Shown here: positions 8,914 through 16,416 of the stretch, piece after piece
How positions within the stretch are numbered: the first letter of the stretch is position 1
How the letters are laid out: every line of letters begins with the position of its first letter
DNA from: Gemmata obscuriglobus
Lineage (GTDB): Bacteria; Planctomycetota; Planctomycetia; Gemmatales; Gemmataceae
Direction of reading: 5' to 3'
NCBI RefSeq assembly: GCF_008065095.1
Contig: NZ_CP042911.1
Coordinates: 2,580,001-2,612,000, forward strand
DNA: 32,000 nt
Position numbers and translations under genes: made by a program
Notes under the pieces: generated by a model
Told to the model about the DNA's origin: nothing
What the model saw: only the letters and a program-made list of their open reading frames with translations
Databases searched by the model: none

Positions 8914-9002
8914 AAGATTTCTGACAGGATGAACAGGATTCACCTGATGAAGACTGTTTGGCTCAAAAGCCTGTTCATCCTGTGAATCCTGTCAGAAATC
9001 TT
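8914..9002. repeat. Imperfect palindromic intergenic element built from ACAGGAT sub-repeats
   Basis: Outer 17-bp perfect inverted repeat: 8914-8930 aagatttctgacaggat pairs with 8986-9002. Inner blocks gatgaacagg (8928-8937 / 8970-8979) and caggattcac (8934-8943 / 8982-8991) are permuted between the arms. It shares tgacaggat and aacaggat with the palindrome at 16092-16177. Confidence 0.65.
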
Positions 9003-9075
9003 CTGGGCTTGCCCATCAAGTCTCGGTGACGTCCGGTCGTGAGCTTGCAGTGCAGCTTCGAGACTGGAGGGGCGT

Positions 9076-9504
9076 GTGACGATCCGTTCGCGGTTGTGGT
9101 TACTACTCCCGGCCGTGACGTTATGCGCCGTTGACATCGGGCTGACACTCGTCGGGCAGTCGGGCGAATACTGGTTGGGGCAGTATGAGTCGGCACACGA
9201 GGCGAACCCGTTCGCGCGTCCGGCTCTGGCGCGTGGCCCGGTAACGTTCGCCTCTTTCGGGTTCGCGTATGCGGCTGTGGTTGTGGCGGTGGTATGCTGG
9301 TGGCGTTCGGCGTGTGTGTGGGTGGCGGCGCTGGTGACCGTCGCACATGCGGTCGGCGGGGCAGGGTGGTTGGTGCGGTTCGGTCCGTGGGGTTGGGGCG
9401 CGGCCGTGGTGTTCCTGCTGGCCGCGGCCGAGGGCTCGGCCCGGTGCTGGCGCCGCGCGACCCGGCGGGTCGAACACGGCGGAGCCCCTGGCGCTGCCGC
9501 CTGA
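9076..9504 (+). CDS. Small multi-pass membrane protein (DUF5658-like pattern)
   Basis: 142-aa ORF with a GTG start and 3-4 hydrophobic helices. The D..LT....(x)..EANP pattern (AVDIGLTLVG...HEANPFARP) resembles DUF5658 proteins. The opposite-strand ORFs here are Arg/Pro-rich artefacts. Confidence 0.5.
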   Translation: MTIRSRLWLLLPAVTLCAVDIGLTLVGQSGEYWLGQYESAHEANPFARPALARGPVTFASFGFAYAAVVVAVVCWWRSACVWVAALVTVAHAVGGAGWLVRFGPWGWGAAVVFLLAAAEGSARCWRRATRRVEHGGAPGAAA

Positions 9505-9578
9505 TGCGGAGCGTGTTGCTGGCAGGAACAGGTAAACTGCTCTTCATTAGCCGCATACAGGAATCCATCTGCGGTGTC

Positions 9579-9659
9579 GCTTGTGTTGACGAGCCGCGGC
9601 CGCCAGGGAGGGGTGCCACGTACCCCGCTCCCTGGCGGTCGCGGCTCGTCAACACAAGC
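9579..9659. repeat. Intergenic inverted repeat with 32-bp arms
   Basis: 9579-9610 gcttgtgttgacgagccgcggccgccagggag versus 9628-9659 ctccctggcggtcgcggctcgtcaacacaagc. 31 of 32 positions are complementary, with a 17-nt spacer. Confidence 0.65.
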
Positions 9660-9793
9660 AACGGTACTTCCGGGTACGTGTATCCGCTCGGACAATTTTC
9701 GCTCGCCGATACACCCCGAGTGGCGAACAGGTTATTCTCCCTGGTGGAACTTACCAACCCGGACCGATCGGTACCAACACGAGGTGCCCTGTC

Positions 9794-11560
9794 GTGTTTC
9801 ACCGCTTGTCGCTTGTGCTGTCCGTTGCAGCCGTTTTCTCACTCACCGCGTCGGCCCAGGATGCCGCGAAGATCGGTGAACGGGTCGGGAAGATCACGCT
9901 CACCGACATCCGCGCCCTACCCCGGACGCTGGCCGATTTTGGCGAGCGGAAGGCGCTCGTTCTCGTGTTCACGAACACCACCTGTCCGCTCGCCCAGCGC
10001 TACCTGCCGACCCTGAAGTCGCTTGAGAAAGCGTACCGCGACAAGGGCGTGCCGTTCGTTGCGGTGAACGCCGCCGAGGACGACACACTTCTGACAATGG
10101 CAACGCACGCCGTGAAGTACGAGGTGGAGTTTCCGACCGTCAAGGATTTCGGCGGGAACGCGGCGCGGGCGCTCGGCGTCAAGAGGACCCCTGAAGCGGT
10201 CGTTCTTGATGCGGAGAACAAAGTTCGTTACCGCGGCCGGATCGACGACCAGTTCCGGCTCGGCGGATCGCGGAAGGAGCCGACCAAGCAAGAACTGAAA
10301 GACGCCATCGAAGCTGTTCTCGCGAACAAGCCGGTTGATGTCGCCGAGACCGAGGTCGACGGCTGCCCGATCGAGTTCGCGGCGCCCCGGAAGGCGAAAG
10401 GGGTGAACTTCGCCGAACACGTCGCGCCGATTCTGAAGAAGCACTGTTGGGAGTGCCACCGATCGGGGGGCTCGGCTCCGTTCGCGCTCACCACCGCCAA
10501 ACAAGCGGCGGCGCGGGCCAAATCGGTAGCCGAGGCGGTGGCCACCCAGCGGATGCCGCCGTGGTTCGCCGGCCACGAGTCGGTTCCGTTCGCGAATCGC
10601 CGCGCGCTCAGCGATGCCGAACGCGAAACCCTCGCCGACTGGGCGCGGACCGGGGCGGAACCGGGCGACCCCGACAAGGCACCCGCGCCGCCGGAACCGC
10701 TCACCGGCAAATGGCAGATCGGCACCCCCGACCTTGTTCTGGAGACGGGCGTCATCGACCTGCCTGCGAGGGGTGACATCCCGTACCGGTACGCCGTTCT
10801 TCCCCACATCTTCAGAGACGAAACGTGGTTGCAGGACGTTCAAATCCTGCCGGACAACCCGCAGTCGTTGCACCATTGCAACATGGCCTTCGCCACGCTG
10901 ACCGAAGGGTTCAAGGAAGAGAACTTCATCACCGGGCAGGTGCCAGGCGGCGAACCGATGACCCTCGATCCCGGCGTGGGGTGTCGGATTCCGAAGGGGG
11001 CGCTGCTCGTACTCCAGATGCACTTCGTCAGCACCGGCAAGCCGGAGAAGTGTCGCGTGTCGGTGGGGTTCCGCTACCCCCGCGGGGTAGTTGACAAACA
11101 GTTGCGGAACATGCAGCTCACCCGGCGCGACTTCGCCGTCCCTCCGGGGGCGCCCGCCCACAAAGTCGCTGCCAGCCGCACCCTCGAAGCCGACGCCGTC
11201 GGGGTCGGGCTGTTCGCGCACATGCACCTTCGCGGGAAGGACATGACCTTCACCGCGCACCCGCCGGCCGGGAAGAGCGAACCGCTCCTGGTTATTCCGA
11301 ATTACAACTTCTCGTGGCAGATCCCGTACCGGTGGGAACCGGGCCAGATGAAGCTGGCGAAGGGTACGAAACTGGAGTGCGTGGCGCACTTCGACAACTC
11401 GTCGTTCAACCCGTACAACCCGGACCCCCGCGCGACCGTCCGTAACGGCCCGCAAACGCACCACGAGATGATGATCGGCTTCTTCTTCTACACGCACGCG
11501 ACCGAGAAACTGAACCTGACCATCGACGCGAAAACCGGGCGGGTGAAGGAAATGAAGTGA
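9794..11560 (+). CDS. Secreted fusion protein: thioredoxin-fold redoxin domain + CXXCH haem-c motif + copper type II monooxygenase C-terminal-like domain
   Basis: Signal peptide (GTG start, MFHRLSLVLSVAAVFSLTASAQD). AhpC/TSA-redoxin-like N-domain with single Cys (FTNTTCPLAQRY). CWECH haem-binding motif. C-terminal domain with HHCNM, FAHMHLRGKDM and HHEMM, resembling the PHM/DBH CuM-site domain. Confidence 0.85.
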   Translation: MFHRLSLVLSVAAVFSLTASAQDAAKIGERVGKITLTDIRALPRTLADFGERKALVLVFTNTTCPLAQRYLPTLKSLEKAYRDKGVPFVAVNAAEDDTLLTMATHAVKYEVEFPTVKDFGGNAARALGVKRTPEAVVLDAENKVRYRGRIDDQFRLGGSRKEPTKQELKDAIEAVLANKPVDVAETEVDGCPIEFAAPRKAKGVNFAEHVAPILKKHCWECHRSGGSAPFALTTAKQAAARAKSVAEAVATQRMPPWFAGHESVPFANRRALSDAERETLADWARTGAEPGDPDKAPAPPEPLTGKWQIGTPDLVLETGVIDLPARGDIPYRYAVLPHIFRDETWLQDVQILPDNPQSLHHCNMAFATLTEGFKEENFITGQVPGGEPMTLDPGVGCRIPKGALLVLQMHFVSTGKPEKCRVSVGFRYPRGVVDKQLRNMQLTRRDFAVPPGAPAHKVAASRTLEADAVGVGLFAHMHLRGKDMTFTAHPPAGKSEPLLVIPNYNFSWQIPYRWEPGQMKLAKGTKLECVAHFDNSSFNPYNPDPRATVRNGPQTHHEMMIGFFFYTHATEKLNLTIDAKTGRVKEMK

Positions 11561-11624
11561 CCGGGCGGGCGTTTTCGACCGAAGCGGCACACGTGTACCA
11601 TTCGGGCCGCAAGGAGGGGCTGCG

Positions 11625-12110
11625 ATGGACCTGCGCGTCGTCGAGGGGGATCTGCTCGATCAGGATGTCGAGGTGATCGTTAACGCCTGGAACCGGAACG
11701 TGATCCCGTGGTGGCTGCTCATCCCGCAGGGGGTGTCGCGGGCCATCAAGCGGCGTGCCGGGCGTGGGCCGTTCCGCGAAGTGGCCCGCAACGGCGCGAT
11801 TCCGCTCGGCGGGGCGGTCGAGACCGGGGCCGGCGACCTGCCGTTCAAGGCCATCATTCACGTCGCCGGGATCAACCTGCTGTGGCGCGCGTCGGAGTGG
11901 TCCGTCCGGGAGTCGGTGCGCAACGCGCTGGCCCTGGCGACAGGGCGCGGGTACCGATCCGTGGCCCTTCCGCTCATCGGCGCCGGATCGGGCGGCGGTA
12001 AGGCCGATCGGGTGCAAGCGTGGATGTTGGACGAACTGCGGCGGACCGAGTTCGACGGAACGGTTGTCGTCGTGCGGTACAAGCCGAGCGGCCCGAACGC
12101 GCCCGCGTGA
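11625..12110 (+). CDS. Macro domain protein (ADP-ribose binding / ADP-ribosyl hydrolase family)
   Basis: 161 aa with VIVNAWNRN, AIIHVAG and ALPLIGAGSGGG motifs typical of macro domains. AAGGAGG is present upstream. Confidence 0.88.
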   Translation: MDLRVVEGDLLDQDVEVIVNAWNRNVIPWWLLIPQGVSRAIKRRAGRGPFREVARNGAIPLGGAVETGAGDLPFKAIIHVAGINLLWRASEWSVRESVRNALALATGRGYRSVALPLIGAGSGGGKADRVQAWMLDELRRTEFDGTVVVVRYKPSGPNAPA

Positions 12111-12240
12111 GTCCGGCCCGACCGGTGGAATCGGGACCCGGCCTTGAGTACGTGCCGCGCGTAGTGGCTGAAGCCGCTCGCTTCCTGTATCTGTGGCACA
12201 GCCACGATCAGCCGGGCCACTGTCTCCGAAAGGATCGCCT

Positions 12241-12624
12241 ATGTCGGTTCGATTCGTTCCTATCCTGTGCGCGGTGGGGCTGCTCGCGTTCGCCGGTTGC
12301 GGCCCGGCGAAACTGGACGTCACACTAACACTCTCACTTGAAGCCGGAAGGCCCAAGGGGCAAATACTGGAGGTGCAGAAGAAGCCCCAGAAAGTAACTA
12401 TCGAGTACACCTCGTCTGCCAGCGAGGTGTCGGTTTACGTGTTCAAGACGAGCGACGCCGACGCACTGGAAGAGCCTGAGAAGTACAAAGATAAGGCCCT
12501 TGCGACCAAAACGGGCAAGAGCGAGACGTTCGCTGTGGAGGTGCCCGCGAACGTCGAGGTGCAGGTCGTGTTCTGGTCGCTGAAGAAGACCGAGGTGAAC
12601 GCGAAACTCACGAACCGGAAATGA
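12241..12624 (+). CDS. Hypothetical lipoprotein
   Basis: ATG 12241 gives MSVRFVPILCAVGLLAFAGC with a lipobox (LAFAGC). The rest is Lys/Glu/Thr/Val-rich and beta-strand-like. GC is lower than in the neighbours. Confidence 0.65.
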   Translation: MSVRFVPILCAVGLLAFAGCGPAKLDVTLTLSLEAGRPKGQILEVQKKPQKVTIEYTSSASEVSVYVFKTSDADALEEPEKYKDKALATKTGKSETFAVEVPANVEVQVVFWSLKKTEVNAKLTNRK

Positions 12625-12696
12625 CCGCCGGGCCGTCGGTTTGCTCAGCCGGGCCAAGAGCGTGACTACGCAAACCAACGGCGTAACCCGGAACGT

Positions 12697-14232
12697 TCAG
12701 CACGGCCGCCGGCCTTCGAGCCAACGCTCGAAGGTCTCCAACCCGCCGGCATACGCCGCGGCCCACTCCGGCCGCGGGTGGACGCGGTCGCGGAACTTCA
12801 CCATCGCGGCCACCGCGTCGACCGCGGTGTACGGTTCGGCGATGCCCTGTTGCTTCCGCAAGTGGCTCTCCAACCCCGCGAGCGCGCCGACCGCGGCCCC
12901 GAGCGCCGGCCCTTCGTCGGAAACGAGCCGTTCGAGCGGCCGGTTCAGTACGCTCGCGAGCACCTCGCACATCAACTGGCTCTTCGCCATCCCACCAGAC
13001 ACCGTGATGCGCGTCACCACCTGACCGGCGGACTCGTGTTCCTTCACCGCCCGGGCGAGGAGGAACGCCAGGGCCTCCACGCACGCCCGCACCTTCACCG
13101 CGCGGTTCTCGGGTACGCTTGGGGACCACTCGATTCGCGGCGCGTCCACGCCCACCGACGGTTCGGAGAGCAGGAACGGTAGGACGCTCGTGCCGCCGCA
13201 CAGCGGCGGTACGTTCGCCGCTTCTTCGACCTTGAACCAGTCCTTGCCCGCGACCTCATCGAGGAACAGCGCCCCGTTGGAATAGCACCGCATCCAGAGG
13301 TACGGCCCCCAGTTGAGTTTCATGGCGTCGAGCGTGCCCGATTGCGGGAGCCGGGCGGACGACGAGTTCACCACCGCAGAGTTGCCGAGAATAATCGCCA
13401 CCTGGCCGGCCTCGACCGCGCCGCCCCCAATGAGCCCGGCCGCCTGGTCGTCGAGCGTCGGGAACACGAGGGGCCGCACCCCGGCCGGCAACCCCGCGTC
13501 CAGTGCGACCGACTCCGAGAGCGGCCCGACCGGTTCGTTCATGTCGATAATGTCGGGCAGACAGTCCCACGCCAGCTCGCGCAACTCGGGCTTCGCGAGT
13601 GCGTCGAGCATCTCCCGCCGCCACTGGTTCGTGCGCAGGTCCATCAGGCCGGTGGACGCGGCGGACGAAACGCTGGTCGCGTTGAAGCGGCCGGTGAGGT
13701 AGCCGGCCGCGAGCGGCCCGTGCGGCAGAATCAGGTCGGTTCGTTTCCAGTCCGCTTCGCTCAGCGCCGCTTCGTCCTTCACGAGGTGCGAGAGCGAATA
13801 CCGCACGGCCCACGGGCCGCCGGTCAACTCCTTCGCGCGCTCCTGGCCCCCGAGCCGCGCGAGCCCTTCGGCGTGATACTTGCCGAGCGTCTGGTCGTTC
13901 CAGCAGATCGCCCGGCGAACTTGGTTGCCGGTCCAATCGATTCGCCCGGCTGTGTGGTGCGTGGCGGAGATGCCGCACGCGGCGATCGCACCGTTGTCCC
14001 CGCCGCCGTCCAGAGCCTTCGTGAGCGCGCGAGTAGCGGCGCGGGCTTGCCCTTCGAGCTGCATCAGGTTCAATTCGGAGACGCCGCCTTCGGTCCAGAG
14101 GTCCGTTGTCAGGCGGATCGCCGCACAGGTCTGGCCGCCCACGGTGAACGCGAGCGCCTTCACGCCGCCGGTGCTGAAGTCGTACCCGACGATGATCGCG
14201 TGCGGGCTGACACAACGAAGCTGTTCGGCCAT
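12697..14232 (-). CDS. FGGY-family carbohydrate kinase (xylulokinase/glycerol-kinase-like)
   Basis: N-terminal VGYDFSTGGVKA phosphate-1 motif, ICWNDQT, and C-terminal GGMAKS motif. ATG 14232 (MAEQLRC...) gives 511 aa. The ORF-track extension to 14436 is Arg/Pro-rich. Confidence 0.88.
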   Translation of the reverse strand: MAEQLRCVSPHAIIVGYDFSTGGVKALAFTVGGQTCAAIRLTTDLWTEGGVSELNLMQLEGQARAATRALTKALDGGGDNGAIAACGISATHHTAGRIDWTGNQVRRAICWNDQTLGKYHAEGLARLGGQERAKELTGGPWAVRYSLSHLVKDEAALSEADWKRTDLILPHGPLAAGYLTGRFNATSVSSAASTGLMDLRTNQWRREMLDALAKPELRELAWDCLPDIIDMNEPVGPLSESVALDAGLPAGVRPLVFPTLDDQAAGLIGGGAVEAGQVAIILGNSAVVNSSSARLPQSGTLDAMKLNWGPYLWMRCYSNGALFLDEVAGKDWFKVEEAANVPPLCGGTSVLPFLLSEPSVGVDAPRIEWSPSVPENRAVKVRACVEALAFLLARAVKEHESAGQVVTRITVSGGMAKSQLMCEVLASVLNRPLERLVSDEGPALGAAVGALAGLESHLRKQQGIAEPYTAVDAVAAMVKFRDRVHPRPEWAAAYAGGLETFERWLEGRRPC

Positions 14233-14448
14233 CTGGAGAGGCTCCCGGTGACGGGGGTAAGAAGGGTTAACGAGAAGTGTAGCGACTCGGCCGTGGTCCC
14301 GGAAACCGGCGTTGCTGTACCGAAACGTTTGAATGCCGGCGCGCGCTGGGTCCGGTCGGCACGCTGTGCCGGCGCCGTCTTCGTGCCAGAGCGTTGGGCG
14401 CTCCGAATGTCGGTGCGGGCGTGCGCCGCGGCGCACGGAACGGCGGGC

Positions 14449-14793
14449 TCACTTTTTCGCCGACTTGGCCGGCTTACGCAGGTCGTCGAGATTCGCCTGG
14501 CAGTACGGGCACCCGACGGTGGTGAGGTGGAAGGTGATGTAGTCGAGCATCTCCGGGTCGCCGGCGCCGAGCAGGTAGCCACCCAGTTGTTCCCGCGAGA
14601 CGCAACTGATCCGCTCGCGGCGCCAGATCGCGCCGACCGTGTGTTCGCCGCGGTCCTCGTGCTCGATCACTTCTTTGTAAAGGGCGCGCAACTCCGCCGA
14701 CTCGCGCAGCGCCTTCTCGACGGCCGCCAGTTCGGCGTCGGGGAGCGCGTCGTGCATATAGTCGCGCAGCATCTGGCGAGTGATCGCGGACAT
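14449..14793 (-). CDS. Small hypothetical protein with C-terminal Cys/His cluster
   Basis: 114 aa with balanced composition and the motif C-x27-H-x6-C-x2-C (ISCVS...FHLTTVGCPYC). It is on the same strand as, and upstream of, the FGGY kinase. Confidence 0.6.
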   Translation of the reverse strand: MSAITRQMLRDYMHDALPDAELAAVEKALRESAELRALYKEVIEHEDRGEHTVGAIWRRERISCVSREQLGGYLLGAGDPEMLDYITFHLTTVGCPYCQANLDDLRKPAKSAKK

Positions 14794-15100
14794 GCGTGGG
14801 TCTCGCGGTGCGGAGGCGCGTCTCAGTATACCGCTCGAACCGCCGCCGGGCGAATTCGAACTTGCGCTGGGGCGATAACCCGATGCGGCGCGCTTGAATT
14901 CCCGACACCCCGAACTAATTAATCGTTACAATCTTCCCATCTTGTATTTTCTCCTTTGTACTATGTGCTAGATTGGGCGGCTTCTGCCGTTTACACCGAA
15001 CTCATGGGAGAGTACAACTAATTCGGATGTAGTGACTGCATCCACTCTGCCGATACTGGCAATGAATGTGTCGGTTCCGTCTTCCCTGTTGAGACGCCCC

Positions 15101-15889
15101 ATGAAAATCCGCCTATTGGTGGCGGTGATTGCGGTCGCCGGGTTCCTGAACCTGTCGCCGCGCGCATCCGCTGAACTGCTCACGCTGAACTACCAGGGCG
15201 AGACGACCAGCCCTGGTAACCCGACACTGGCGGTGAGCCTTAACGGCCAATCGTTCTCGCACACCCCGCCCGGCCCGTTCTACTGGAGCCAGAACCAGTC
15301 TCCACCGAACGCGAACTTCCCGCCGCCGATCGCCACGTTCTGTATCGAGCTGTCGGCCTCGCAGCTTCTGCCGCCTCTGGGCTCGAACGTGGTGTTCGAT
15401 GTGGTGCCACCGAGCGCCTCGCCGACCATTGGTAACGACCCGCTCAAGATCGCGGCCATCGCCGAACTGTACGGCCGGTACTACGACTTCGCCTGGAACG
15501 ACAAGAGCACGTTCCACGGCTCCGTCGAGTCGGCGGCCTTCCAACTGGCCCTGTGGGAACTGGTTTACGACGGTGTCGGTGGTAAGAACTTGAGCGCTGG
15601 CGCCTTCCAGGCGGGTGGGCTGGGGTCCTACACGACGACCGCCCAGAACATGCTGAACAGCCTCAACGGGAGCAACGCGTTCGAAACGAACCTCGGCGGG
15701 TACGAACTGGTGGCGCTGCTCGCCCCGGCAACGTCCGAGCCGACGAAGCCCCAGAACCAGATCCAGGACCAACTCCTGTTGAAGCCGAAGCCGATTCCGG
15801 CACCGCCGGCAGCGCTGCTCGCGGGGATTGGGGTGCTGGCACTTATCGGCCGCGCCCGGTTCGTCCGACGGTTCTCTGCAACGGCTTGA
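15101..15889 (+). CDS. PEP-CTERM sorting-signal secreted protein
   Basis: ATG 15101 gives signal peptide MKIRLLVAVIAVAGFLNLSPRASA. The C-terminus PAPPAALLAGIGVLALIGRARFVRR has the PEP-like motif, TM helix and Arg cluster. The body contains FCIEL and AAFQLALWEL motifs. Confidence 0.8.
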   Translation: MKIRLLVAVIAVAGFLNLSPRASAELLTLNYQGETTSPGNPTLAVSLNGQSFSHTPPGPFYWSQNQSPPNANFPPPIATFCIELSASQLLPPLGSNVVFDVVPPSASPTIGNDPLKIAAIAELYGRYYDFAWNDKSTFHGSVESAAFQLALWELVYDGVGGKNLSAGAFQAGGLGSYTTTAQNMLNSLNGSNAFETNLGGYELVALLAPATSEPTKPQNQIQDQLLLKPKPIPAPPAALLAGIGVLALIGRARFVRRFSATA

Positions 15890-15910
15890 ACCGACAACTG
15901 AGTAACGGAA

Positions 15911-15956
15911 CGGAACAGGGCGGCCCGCACGAGTTCGTGCGGGCCGCCCTGTTCCG
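15911..15956 (+). terminator. Terminator-like perfect hairpin downstream of the PEP-CTERM gene
   Basis: 15911-15932 cggaacagggcggcccgcacga is the exact reverse complement of 15935-15956. The 22-nt arms are separated by 2 nt, so the effective stem is about 20 bp. No U-tract. Confidence 0.6.
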
Positions 15957-16091
15957 TTACCGCGGTTCACGCGACGGCTTATAAAGGGAACGATGGAGCA
16001 GAGGGCCGGCGGTGCTGTTATTTGGTCTGAGCGACCGGTGGGATGGTCGCGGTTTCGTTTCGGCCCGTGCCGGCCGCATGATTCACGAAGA

Positions 16092-16177
16092 CAGCTTTTG
16101 ACAGGATCGACCGGATCAACAGGATGAAGGCAGATCTGTCTTCATCCTGTTGATCCGGTCGATCCTGTCAAAAGCTG
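16092..16177. repeat. Near-perfect 86-bp palindrome (ACAGGAT/ACCGGAT sub-repeat element)
   Basis: 38-nt arms at 16092-16129 and 16140-16177 are exact reverse complements (cagcttttgacaggatcgaccggatcaacaggatgaag). The 10-nt centre gcagatctgt contains the palindrome cagatctg. It lies between convergent genes. Confidence 0.8.
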
Positions 16178-16264
16178 CTTGGTCTCTCATCGAGCGTTGG
16201 TGACCCAGGCTTTCGCCGCGGGCCGGCCGCGCTACCCCGAGCGGAACTCATTCCGTTACCACTA

Positions 16265-16299
16265 GTTCCAAGTTCCAGGTTCCAGGTTCCAAGTTCCAA
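16265..16299. repeat. Tandem heptanucleotide repeat GTTCCAR x5
   Basis: gttccaa gttccag gttccag gttccaa gttccaa, read directly from the sequence. An inverted 15-nt partner ggaacctggaacttg lies at 16356-16370. Confidence 0.8.
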
Positions 16300-16416
16300 G
16301 TTGGGAACCGGCTCGGCAAAAGCCCCAGGCGATTCGTCTGCCTCTAACTTTACGTGGAACCTGGAACTTGAAACCACCGTTAACGTCTTGACGTCGGAAT
16401 TCGGCACGACACGCGT

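Noticed and set aside
14233-14436. 68-codon N-terminal extension of the FGGY kinase ORF.
   Set aside because: The sequence is Arg/His/Pro-rich and lies upstream of the canonical N-terminal nucleotide-binding motif. Met at 14232 gives a family-typical 511-aa length.
5365-14922. Other long shadow ORFs: 5365-6324 -, 6504-7742 -, 7603-8745 -, 8940-9802 -, 9917-11590 -, 11406-12410 -, 13342-14922 +.
   Set aside because: Each overlaps a gene with recognisable family motifs (MBL, purE, purK, redoxin fusion, macro, FGGY). Each has biased Arg/Pro/Gly/His composition and no start-context support.
16168-16407. 79-aa ORF on the minus strand spanning the heptamer array (…NLELGTWNLELGTS…).
   Set aside because: Its repetitive peptide is simply the translation of the GTTCCAR repeat. 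It lies in the 3' intergenic region of the giant gene and has no start context or family features.
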